Of a stretch of DNA of 64,000 nucleotides, positions 20,208 through 28,586 are shown piece by piece. The position numbers and the translations under genes were made by a program. Each line of letters begins with the position of its first letter. The stretch's first letter is position 1. The notes beneath the pieces are model-generated. The model had not been told where the DNA came from and did no database searches. It was given only the letters and a program-made list of their open reading frames with translations. The DNA is from Bacteroidales bacterium (GTDB lineage: Bacteria > Bacteroidota > Bacteroidia > Bacteroidales > VadinHA17). The stretch lies in contig JAVEYS010000004.1 of NCBI GenBank assembly GCA_034003345.1, positions 1,560 to 65,559 of the forward strand. The letters run 5' to 3'.

Positions 20208-20396
20208 TCTCAGAACCCGGGGTAGGTACATTTCTTTGTCTGCTTTTATAGCTGGCATACAAGAAAAGTACCGGGAAGGCATTGCTGAGTTCATCAGCGG
20301 CACTGGTGAAATGAATCAGCTGATTGTTACTGGCAGGGTATGGTATTCCCATTATATGTATAAACGTAACCGTAATCTGAAAGGGAGAGAGCTACG

Positions 20397-21146
20397 ATGA
20401 AAATATTTTTAAGGATATTAATACTGTTTGGGACCATTATTCTCCCGGAGGTGGCGTGGACACAGGGCGATTGCAGCAGCTGTACCATCTACAGGGGTTA
20501 CATAAGCAGTGATATGCAGATGTGGAAGAGGGAGATGGCCGGGCTCCGGGAGGCCTGCCGGACGGATCCCGTGGCATGCACCCAGTTTACCCTGACTGAA
20601 GCCATGTATGGTTATATAGGGTTCCTGATCAGCGTTAACGATAAGAATGCAGCAAGACCTCTGGTTGATACCTTTGAGATGGAGATTGAACAGCTTGCTG
20701 CATACAGTGAATACAGGGCTGAGACCGAAGCCTTTCGGCTGGCACTCCTGGGCTATCGTATGGCACTGAATCCGGCAAGATCTGTCACGCTGGGCCCCAA
20801 AGCACTCAGACAACTGGAGAAGGCTATGGAGATAGGTAGCAGCTGCCCCTCCGTATGGATTGAAAAGGCAAACTCGGAATCAAATATGCCCGCCTTCGCC
20901 GGAGGGTCAGAGGAGAAGGCTGCCGCATCATTCCGGGAGGCACTGCGCCTGTTTGAGGAAGATGGAAAAATGTCAGAATGTAACTGGAGATACCTCAACA
21001 CCATTGTGCTCCTGGGCCAGCTCCTGGAAGAGATGGGAGATTATATTGGTGCACGCGATGAATACATGAGGGCGCTCACCAGAGAGCCTGATTTCAGGCG
21101 GGTCAGGAATGAGATGCTACCTCAGGTGGAGAGGAATATTAAATAA
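20397..21146 (+). CDS. hypothetical secreted all-helical (TPR-like) protein
   Basis: 249 aa with a signal peptide. The sequence is helix-rich with a TPR-like tail (GDYIGARDEYMRALTREPDF). I recognise no family. Confidence 0.5.
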   Translation: MKIFLRILILFGTIILPEVAWTQGDCSSCTIYRGYISSDMQMWKREMAGLREACRTDPVACTQFTLTEAMYGYIGFLISVNDKNAARPLVDTFEMEIEQLAAYSEYRAETEAFRLALLGYRMALNPARSVTLGPKALRQLEKAMEIGSSCPSVWIEKANSESNMPAFAGGSEEKAAASFREALRLFEEDGKMSECNWRYLNTIVLLGQLLEEMGDYIGARDEYMRALTREPDFRRVRNEMLPQVERNIK

Positions 21147-21165
21147 CTATCTGATAAAAAGCAGA

Positions 21166-21474
21166 TCATCGGATTGGCCCCAGTTGGGCCGGCGATGTGA
21201 CTGTGCCACAGCGGCAGTAAGGATGAAATACAGGGAGGAGCAGGCTCTGGAAATTCGCCAGCGTATCATTGCCGGTTATCCTGTAGAGCTTACCATGAAA
21301 CCTGAATTCATGATCGGCATCAAAGAGGATACTGTTAAGATGATCAGCTTGAGCATTGACAATCTCTTCACGCTCCTTATACATAAATACTTCAAGGAGT
21401 CGCATCTCCATCTTGTCAACTAGACTGCTCATGTCAATGGTCTTCAGCTCGAGCCGTAAGTCCTGATTATCCAT
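21166..21474 (-). CDS. hypothetical small protein (weak call)
   Basis: A 102-aa ORF convergent with the previous gene, with an AT-rich promoter-like region upstream (21475-21666). No recognisable motif. A competing + strand ORF (21109-21423) overlaps the preceding CDS. Confidence 0.3.
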   Translation of the reverse strand: MDNQDLRLELKTIDMSSLVDKMEMRLLEVFMYKEREEIVNAQADHLNSILFDADHEFRFHGKLYRITGNDTLANFQSLLLPVFHPYCRCGTVTSPAQLGPIR

Positions 21475-21666
21475 TATTTATCGCCGGATATAAGTTTATT
21501 GAGTTACAAAAAGCATCCTTTGAATTATTGTCATCAAAAATTGAAAATAATTAGTGCACCATATAAAGTAGTACATAAAACATATTCATTTCTCATATTA
21601 ACACCTGACTCAATCGCAACACTGTAAAAGAGATACTATTTTTGAGCCATATTAAAAGTTGTAAAC

Positions 21667-22407
21667 ATGAATCTGGAATTACGGGACACATTTATATTAT
21701 TATGGAAGAAATATTTCGGTGACTCGGAGCTGCCGGTAACCTTTTATTATTCATATAGCGATGGAAGTGTTCAATTTGCTGAGAAACCTAAGGGTTGGAG
21801 CTGCATAGTATGTGAGCTGGCAAAGGTCAGGAACGGAATAAGCCTCGTTTATAATGCTGAGAGAATAACCTGCGGCGGCGCCAGGAGATATCTTGGCTAT
21901 TCCGATAAAATGCGCCCGGGATTTGAACACTTTCTTTCATGCGGGAATGGGAAGACAGAGGGAGAGAGATACCTGCGGACACCAGAACTGGTGAGAGAAT
22001 TTATGAAAGCACAGAGAATCCTTCCCGTTTCAGGGATGAATATAGTCTTTAAGAGATGGGACAAGCTGGAGGAAGCAGATGAGCCGGACGTTGTTATCTT
22101 CTTTGCAACACCGGATGTTTTGTCAGGACTCTTCACCCTGGCAAATTTTGATCAGTCAGAGCCTAACGGTACCATTGCACCATTCGGGTCAGGTTGTGCC
22201 TCGATAATACATTTTCCTTTTCTTGAAGGACTGGCTGAAAGGCAGAGAGCTGTCATCGGAATGTTTGATCCCTCAGCGCGGAAGTGTGTCCCCGAAAATG
22301 TGCTCACCTTTGCACTGCCGATGAGGCGGTTTGAAAAGATGATCAGTTATATGGAAGAAAGCTTCCTTATCACAGATACCTGGACTGTTGTAAGAAAACG
22401 GCTCTGA
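21667..22407 (+). CDS. DUF169-like protein (tentative family assignment)
   Basis: 246 aa and cytoplasmic. The size and Cys/Gly blocks (ITCGGARRYLGYSD, FGSGCASIIHFP) are as I recall for DUF169. This was not verified by search. Confidence 0.5.
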   Translation: MNLELRDTFILLWKKYFGDSELPVTFYYSYSDGSVQFAEKPKGWSCIVCELAKVRNGISLVYNAERITCGGARRYLGYSDKMRPGFEHFLSCGNGKTEGERYLRTPELVREFMKAQRILPVSGMNIVFKRWDKLEEADEPDVVIFFATPDVLSGLFTLANFDQSEPNGTIAPFGSGCASIIHFPFLEGLAERQRAVIGMFDPSARKCVPENVLTFALPMRRFEKMISYMEESFLITDTWTVVRKRL

Positions 22408-22625
22408 CCCTCTTTGAGCCTATTCAGCCGCTCAGGCATACGGATTTAACAGTCAGACAATCAATATTATAGCTATGATTGGCATAACGTTGAGTTATAA
22501 CTCATGCCTGTTGATAACATTACCTGTTTGTATCAATATCTTTTGGACCGACTTGTTATTTGATAACTTTCCTCAGATTAAATTCGATCTGTTTTGAACA
22601 AGGTATCTCACATCTTCAAATTCGT

Positions 22626-23819
22626 ATGATAAAGCGATCCTTTATTTCCTTTTTGGTTCCGGCAATCCTTTTGACCGGATTATCCGGGACAGTGAACTCG
22701 CAGGGCTGGTCATTTACCACAACCTACACACAATCAGGCTGGTGCATTCCGCCAGTTTCCTCGCCGTACAACGGGATGACCTTTGCCACAAAGGATGCAT
22801 GTGACGTTGCGAGGCAGTCGGTTCTCAGTGATAACACCGACTGGTCTGTCCTTGGTGACGGCAGTTGTGTTACAGTCATTACATGTACATCATGTATGGG
22901 TTCTGATATAGGAGGTACCGCGGGTTCTTCCAGTATGGGCGGCACGGGTGTAGTCTCTCTGGAAGGCCTCCTGACCGGGAATGCATTCTTTTCTCCCCAT
23001 TCAAGCAAAGAGGTCGAGAATTGGATCTACGACTACCTTCTAATGATGAATTCAAGGGGCATACCTGTTGACGGAGTTACTCTTATCACTCCTGGCGATG
23101 TACCCAGGACAGGTAATGCTGATTTTGATAAATTTTATACCGAACAAATGTTACGGTTTGAAAAACCGGAATATGGAAGCACGGTATATCTGAATAATGA
23201 CATAAAGGGTGTGGTCGATCCGGCTGACCTTAAAGGTAATGCCAAGCCAGAACCCGGTCCTGTAGCTTTTAAAGAACCTTTGAGCCCTGAGAAACAATAT
23301 GGATTGAAATATGCAGATAAAGCCGCTCTCTTCACTGAGTCGGAAGATGGAGTCATTGACGGTAATACTGATTTTGCCCCATACATTGATTTCGCCCGGT
23401 CTGCCGCAGTATTCGGAGTGGGATTTCTTAAAAAAGGGGCAATACCTGCTATTGTGATTGTAGATATAGTAGCGGAGGATATCAAGTTAGGAACGCAACT
23501 GGTTCAAAATGCATTTATGGGTGAGAACGAACCTATCCCGGGAACGGGTGAGATAATAGTCAATTACTTAACGAACATAACGACTGATGCTGCAGGTGCG
23601 TATATCGGAGACAAAGCCGGCAATGCAGTAAAAGCACTAACTGCCAGCCATGTAGAAGGAGTGCTGGTAAGCAATGGAGTACTGCCTGGCATTGCCAAAA
23701 TCTCCGACAGGGCCAAAAATATATCCGCAGCAGCAGGCACAGAGTTTGGAGTACTGACCGGGGGCGCAGACCTCATTGGAGAATGGGGCAAAATGCAGCA
23801 GAAAATAGGTAAACACTGA
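22626..23819 (+). CDS. hypothetical secreted protein, gene 1 of a 5-gene operon
   Basis: Starts MIKRSFISFLVPAILLTGLSGTVNSQ (signal peptide). A Cys-rich N-domain carries 6 Cys within ~55 aa. The C-terminal third is Gly/Ala-rich and hydrophobic (AAVFGVGFLKKGAIPAIVIVDIV, AAGAYIGDKAGNAVKAL, GVLTGGADLIGEWG). Confidence 0.7.
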   Translation: MIKRSFISFLVPAILLTGLSGTVNSQGWSFTTTYTQSGWCIPPVSSPYNGMTFATKDACDVARQSVLSDNTDWSVLGDGSCVTVITCTSCMGSDIGGTAGSSSMGGTGVVSLEGLLTGNAFFSPHSSKEVENWIYDYLLMMNSRGIPVDGVTLITPGDVPRTGNADFDKFYTEQMLRFEKPEYGSTVYLNNDIKGVVDPADLKGNAKPEPGPVAFKEPLSPEKQYGLKYADKAALFTESEDGVIDGNTDFAPYIDFARSAAVFGVGFLKKGAIPAIVIVDIVAEDIKLGTQLVQNAFMGENEPIPGTGEIIVNYLTNITTDAAGAYIGDKAGNAVKALTASHVEGVLVSNGVLPGIAKISDRAKNISAAAGTEFGVLTGGADLIGEWGKMQQKIGKH

Positions 23820-23838
23820 AAGTGAAGTAGAGACGAGT

Positions 23839-25164
23839 ATGAAAAAGATTATTCTGCTTACAGTTTTGTGCTTCTCAGCACAACTCTTTCAACCTCTGAG
23901 TGGCCAGAAACAGCTTCCGGTTAACGATTCTCTGGGTTTTGAAGTTCTTCTGACGGACGGGATGTCCGGCAAAATAGGTTTAAAGGGTAGTTTCATCAAT
24001 TCACTTGAGATTACTCCTGAACGACTCATCTTGCTTTCAACCGGTGACCAGTATTACCTTCTGGGTTGGGGAGGAATCATACCACATGGTAGGAAAATTT
24101 CCGGAAAAATCAACTCATTTGCCCTCACAGGTGATGGGTTACTGCTTACCATAGTGGAGAATAAACTTTGTTATTTTGACTCTATGGGCAATCTGGCTGT
24201 CATGTATACACTTCCTGCAACAGGAATGACTATATCTGCCGGTAAAGATGTGATGTACCTGTTTGACAGTAACCTTGAACATAAAACGCATCCACTGTAT
24301 GTGCTTGCCCGCGGAGGGAAATATCTTAAGCTCATTGAAACTCCAGCTCCGATAACCTCTGTCGTTGAGACCGATAACTATGTTCTTTTTGCTTCAGGGG
24401 CAAATATCTATAGTATTAATGTCGAAAAGAAGGATGTCAAACTGCTTTATACCGATGAAGAGGGTAAGGAGATAAAGTCTTTGGCCTATGACAGTAGCGG
24501 CAAGTCGGTATATTTTTCCACAGCTTCATCTGTTTCTGCTATCAGGGGCTCAGACATTATTGTCATAAGTGAGAATACCGGAGGGATACTTAAATATTAC
24601 AACGGTCTCATCGTATTTAATCCGGGTATCAAGATGATGCTAAGAATAGTTGGCCTTGACGGGACACTGCCTGTGAAACCTTATGCAGAGTCCCGGGCGG
24701 CACCCCGGCCGGAGCCCCAGGAAGTCTCGAAAACGGAGCTCCCGACGGCACCCCGGACAGAGCCCGCTCAGGCAACTTCCCGGAATGAGCTCCCGGCGGC
24801 ACCCCGGCCGGAGCCCGCCCAGGCAGCTTCTCTGAATGAGCTCCCGACGGCACCCCGGACGGAGCCCGCCCAGGCAACTTCCCGGAATGAGCTCCCGGCA
24901 GCACCCCGGACAGAGGTTATTTTTCAGTCAGGCAAGCAAGATATCGAAGCCGTCACGGTACTAACTAACGCTACCGTGGCTGACCTGGTCAGAAACAATC
25001 TCTCTGATTATTTGATAAAGGACATTATCAGACGGTCGAGGGTAGAATTCATTCTTACATCTGACGCAGTAATTGAACTGTCAGGTAAAGGTGTTTCATC
25101 GGAAGTAATTCTTGAAATGAGAGAAGCAATGAAGAGACAGTCAGCTGACCGCCAGATAAAATAA
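23839..25164 (+). CDS. hypothetical secreted protein, gene 2: propeller-like repeats, Pro-rich repeats and a C-terminal 53-aa module
   Basis: 441 aa with signal peptide MKKIILLTVLCFSAQLFQPLSGQ. Recurrent beta-blade-like segments occur (YYLLGWGG, LCYFDSMGN, MYLFDS, VLFASGANIYSI, VYFSTASS). It has about 4.3 copies of a 17-aa repeat (ELPTAPRTEPAQATSRN). A 19-bp gap separates it from gene 1. Confidence 0.75.
   Translation: MKKIILLTVLCFSAQLFQPLSGQKQLPVNDSLGFEVLLTDGMSGKIGLKGSFINSLEITPERLILLSTGDQYYLLGWGGIIPHGRKISGKINSFALTGDGLLLTIVENKLCYFDSMGNLAVMYTLPATGMTISAGKDVMYLFDSNLEHKTHPLYVLARGGKYLKLIETPAPITSVVETDNYVLFASGANIYSINVEKKDVKLLYTDEEGKEIKSLAYDSSGKSVYFSTASSVSAIRGSDIIVISENTGGILKYYNGLIVFNPGIKMMLRIVGLDGTLPVKPYAESRAAPRPEPQEVSKTELPTAPRTEPAQATSRNELPAAPRPEPAQAASLNELPTAPRTEPAQATSRNELPAAPRTEVIFQSGKQDIEAVTVLTNATVADLVRNNLSDYLIKDIIRRSRVEFILTSDAVIELSGKGVSSEVILEMREAMKRQSADRQIK
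24697..24915. repeat. 51-bp tandem repeat, ~4.3 copies, GC-rich, inside gene 2
   Basis: The unit gagctcccg(a/g)cggcaccccgg(a/c)c(a/g/c)gagcccgc(t/c)caggca(a/g)cttc(c/t)c(g/t)gaat encodes ELP(T/A)APR(T/P)EPAQA(T/A)S(R/L)N. Confidence 0.9.
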
Positions 25165-25182
25165 TTTGAAATCCATAAGCAT

Positions 25183-26442
25183 ATGAGAAAATATATTTCA
25201 CTGATTATTATAGGGTTGTCCCTGATTGTCGGAGTCAGGGCTCAGACCCCGGAGACACTCACCAATAGCTCAGTGGTGAAAATGTCTAATGCGAACCTTT
25301 CAGATGAGCTGATCATTGATATGATCCGGGATTCGCCGGTCAGATTCAGTCTGGAGGATGCTGATCAAAGATCACTGAAAAATGAAGGGGTTTCTGAAAA
25401 TGTTATTAATGCGATGCTAAGTAGGGGCGAGGGTGAGAATCCGCCTGCAGTCAGCAACGCGGTGCCCTATGTTGTACCGGATGAAACCGCCTCAGTTACC
25501 CGTTCTGAAGCAGCCTCAGTTACCCGTCCTGAATCGGCAAATAAGCCCGTGACTGAATATATGCCTGCGGAAGTGGTTGATAATGTGCCCGTTGTGGCCC
25601 TAAACTATATTATCCCACTGACAGATTTAATTACATTTAATGATAAGGAATTCAGGAGCTTTGAAGCGACCCTTGTTGAATGGGATAAAAAAATACGGAC
25701 GCTCACCTCGGATGTAAACCGGGTCAAGGATCAGATGTTGCAGACAGAGAATGAGCTCAGGAAAATAAAGAATACCGGTACAGGTACATTCAGTTCAGAG
25801 ATTCTTGCACTTCAGAAGAAACTTGATGTCTACCGGAAGAACTACAGCGATTCAAAGGTCATATTGGTGTCCGGAGGAAAGAGTATGTTTAAGTGGCTGG
25901 ATTCTGAAATGGGAAACAGGGTCAGGGATCTTGGTAAGGAATACAGCTCGACAGTCCAGAGTATAATGTCTGCGGATATTAATCCGGCTACAGGCGAGCA
26001 GCCTGCTACGATGCAATTTGCCGTCAGGGAGGTTAGTGAAACCACTTCCGGATATATCGTTTATGCAACAGAATTGCTTAACTGGTATCAGAATGAGATG
26101 AAAGAGATGAATAATCTGATACAAGACTGGAACCCGCGTGTAAGCAGTGTTGTTTCCGGGGATGCCGGGCTCAAGGCTCAGCTTGACCCGCTGGAAGCCA
26201 AGCTTGAAGAACTTAAGGCAAACTCAAAGCAGAATAAGAACGAAATATCTGGCTTGAAGAAGCAGATTTCAGATCTTGAAAAAGCAAGGAAAGAGATGGC
26301 AGGCACGATGAAGGATGATGCCAAAGAACTAGCTTCGATATTGAAACAGAAAAGCCAGAATAACAAGGAATCGTTGAACCAAAGATTTGCAGATATCCTT
26401 GAGAATATCACATATTCATTTGAAGAGAAACTCAGTCTTTAA
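25183..26442 (+). CDS. hypothetical secreted coiled-coil protein, gene 3: N-terminal 53-aa module shared with gene 2
   Basis: 419 aa with signal peptide MRKYISLIIIGLSLIVGVRAQ. An ASVTR(S/P)E duplication is followed by about 300 aa of heptad-rich, K/E/Q-rich sequence. An 18-bp gap separates it from gene 2. Confidence 0.75.
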   Translation: MRKYISLIIIGLSLIVGVRAQTPETLTNSSVVKMSNANLSDELIIDMIRDSPVRFSLEDADQRSLKNEGVSENVINAMLSRGEGENPPAVSNAVPYVVPDETASVTRSEAASVTRPESANKPVTEYMPAEVVDNVPVVALNYIIPLTDLITFNDKEFRSFEATLVEWDKKIRTLTSDVNRVKDQMLQTENELRKIKNTGTGTFSSEILALQKKLDVYRKNYSDSKVILVSGGKSMFKWLDSEMGNRVRDLGKEYSSTVQSIMSADINPATGEQPATMQFAVREVSETTSGYIVYATELLNWYQNEMKEMNNLIQDWNPRVSSVVSGDAGLKAQLDPLEAKLEELKANSKQNKNEISGLKKQISDLEKARKEMAGTMKDDAKELASILKQKSQNNKESLNQRFADILENITYSFEEKLSL

Positions 26443-26448
26443 TATCCT

Positions 26449-27714
26449 ATGAAAGGAATTATGACAACAAGAACAGGTCTGAGAGAACGCATGAAATTGA
26501 CAGTATCGATGCTAAGTCTGATATTGCTCCTTCTTCCTGCCGGCGTGACAGGACACACCGGCTTTCCTGAGAAAGAGTTGCAGACCGGAGAGGAAGTGTG
26601 TCAGACTGTTTCAGGGTCTCCATCTACGGATGCGGCCAGAACCTTCCTGATCTCTGAGGATTTTAACCGTGCCGTCTCTGAATATGCACTCCTGCTAAAA
26701 AAAGACCCGACAGATGCAGTGGTTAACTCTGAATACGCCTACGCCCTGGCACTCAATGGCATTTATGATGCGGCTCTCGCCCGCCTCGACAAGGTCTGGA
26801 ATAATAATTCCAATAACCGTGAGGTAAATTATTTTACTTCACAGGTTTTTGCCCTTATGGGATATGATGCCCTGGCTACTGAATTCAGAAATCGCATAGC
26901 TGAAAAGGAAACTCCTGTCTGGATTTCATCAGCCGCCCCGTTGCTGCTCGAAAAATACAGTGACAGAAGCCCGGGAAATGACCTTTCGGGGGGCGTTGAC
27001 ATAGTGACCTTCTTCCGGAGGGCAAACAGGCTCACGGCTCAGGATTACAACCTGATGGCTATCGCTTCTTTTGAAGCTATCGTGACTGAGTACCCGGGAG
27101 AGTACCTTCCTTATCTGGGTTACAGCATTGCCCTTGAGAAGGCTGGCATCTACAGCAAATCAATACAGGCACTTGAACAGGCAATGACACTTGTTCGCGA
27201 TAAACCGGAACAGACCGAGGCTCAAAAAATGATTGAACAGCGGCTGGTGCAGGTACGAAGTAATGCCAAGGTACCTGTGAAGAGCGTAACCACTGATCCG
27301 ACCAATCTCAAACCAGCGGCTGGTGGAAAAAGAATGCTTGCTTATGCCGGAGGAATGTTTTCGAGTTCCTATATCAGCATCAATGGCAGGTTCGGGACTT
27401 TCATTTCTGACAGCGGGAGTCTTTCGGCTGACATTGGATTGGCAAAGAGCGGTGAGAGCACTTCCCTAAATCTGGGGATAATGAACTTCTACCGGCGGAA
27501 AGTTTTTGTGGCCGGATATGGTCTTAATGCTGGTCTTGGCAGTCAGGGATTGACATTATATTTTAAGATCTCAGTAGGACTGAGCTTTATGAATAAGGCC
27601 AGGAGTTCGAGCTGGGATATCTTTCTCGACGGCCAGCAGCCTATAGCTCCTTCAGGCTCAACCACAACGATGGGAATGTCTGTAGGCCGCAGTATTTATT
27701 TCGGAACCAGATGA
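26449..27714 (+). CDS. hypothetical secreted TPR-like protein with a beta-barrel-like C-terminus, gene 4
   Basis: 421 aa. Alternative starts are at 26461 and 26491. The signal peptide is MKLTVSMLSLILLLLPAGVTG. TPR-like helices are present (AVSEYALLLKKDPTDAVVNSEYAYALALNG, YLPYLGYSIALEKAG). The last ~128 aa show about 8 alternating-hydrophobic strands. Confidence 0.7.
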   Translation: MKGIMTTRTGLRERMKLTVSMLSLILLLLPAGVTGHTGFPEKELQTGEEVCQTVSGSPSTDAARTFLISEDFNRAVSEYALLLKKDPTDAVVNSEYAYALALNGIYDAALARLDKVWNNNSNNREVNYFTSQVFALMGYDALATEFRNRIAEKETPVWISSAAPLLLEKYSDRSPGNDLSGGVDIVTFFRRANRLTAQDYNLMAIASFEAIVTEYPGEYLPYLGYSIALEKAGIYSKSIQALEQAMTLVRDKPEQTEAQKMIEQRLVQVRSNAKVPVKSVTTDPTNLKPAAGGKRMLAYAGGMFSSSYISINGRFGTFISDSGSLSADIGLAKSGESTSLNLGIMNFYRRKVFVAGYGLNAGLGSQGLTLYFKISVGLSFMNKARSSSWDIFLDGQQPIAPSGSTTTMGMSVGRSIYFGTR

Positions 27715-27722
27715 TTTAAGAG

Positions 27723-28535
27723 ATGAAGAGGTTATTTATAGTAACGATAATTGCACTTTCAGTGATACAATCATGCTTCGGACAGAGCCTGATGGAAAAA
27801 CTCGTGCAATTCAGAACGGACATGATGCCGAAATACGGAACCTACTTTACCTCAGCCGATCTGGATGACGGAGACAGGTTGATACTGAAAGCAGGGATAC
27901 CCTACAGCAACCTGGCAGATGATGATAAACAGAGTATAATGGAAGTATTGCTAAGATCATGGCAGGAGCCCCTGGTAATTGTCATTTGTGAAACCCGCAG
28001 AGAGCTTTGGGGGTGGGACAGCCAGGTACGCAGCGCATCTCTCATTGATCTGTGGGACCTGAATCCTGAGCCTGTGGCCGTTGAAACCAGTACTGAACCC
28101 TCTGCAGTAGCCAGGCATCCTTGGTTCTTCTATGTTGGAAGTGCACAGCAGATCGACTCAGATAAGAATATTAACGCTGCCCTCAGTGGCAGAGTGGGGG
28201 TTTTCCTGCTTCGTAACAAATGGGATATGGCACTGACACTGTCGGAAGCAGTAGCCGGCAACTTAGAAAGTGAGGACCTCTCAATTACTACAAGCGCTGG
28301 AGTGATGAGCAAAATTTACTTCCCGATAAGGAAGTATAACATAGGCCCAAATGCCGGAGCAGAAGTAGCAGTGACCATTCCCAGTGGGGGAAAAGCAACA
28401 TTTACACCATCATTTCTTGTAGGATTGAGCTGGTATGTCGGAATCGGAAGCATGGATGTGGGACTTCGGGTAGGAAGCAATACCATGATGATGCTCGGCT
28501 ATACAGTAATTCCGAATTTTAAATTCAAAAAATAA
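27723..28535 (+). CDS. hypothetical secreted protein (possibly a lipoprotein) with a beta-barrel-like C-terminus, gene 5
   Basis: 270 aa with signal MKRLFIVTIIALSVIQSCFGQ. An N-terminal domain of about 110 aa is followed by about 140 aa of alternating-hydrophobic strands. An 8-bp gap separates it from gene 4. Confidence 0.7.
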   Translation: MKRLFIVTIIALSVIQSCFGQSLMEKLVQFRTDMMPKYGTYFTSADLDDGDRLILKAGIPYSNLADDDKQSIMEVLLRSWQEPLVIVICETRRELWGWDSQVRSASLIDLWDLNPEPVAVETSTEPSAVARHPWFFYVGSAQQIDSDKNINAALSGRVGVFLLRNKWDMALTLSEAVAGNLESEDLSITTSAGVMSKIYFPIRKYNIGPNAGAEVAVTIPSGGKATFTPSFLVGLSWYVGIGSMDVGLRVGSNTMMMLGYTVIPNFKFKK

Positions 28536-28586
28536 AATTGACTTCTTAAATGGGGTAGCGTAAATATGAACTTAAACTCAGATTAA

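Noticed and set aside
21109-21423. 104-aa plus-strand ORF after the TPR-like gene
   Set aside because: Its start overlaps the preceding CDS, and it competes with a minus-strand ORF that has a better promoter context. Neither is strongly supported, and only the minus ORF is listed, at low confidence.
24629-24904. 91-aa minus-strand ORF rich in Pro, Gly and Ser
   Set aside because: It is an artefact of the GC-rich 51-bp tandem repeat inside operon gene 2 and has the same periodicity on the opposite strand.
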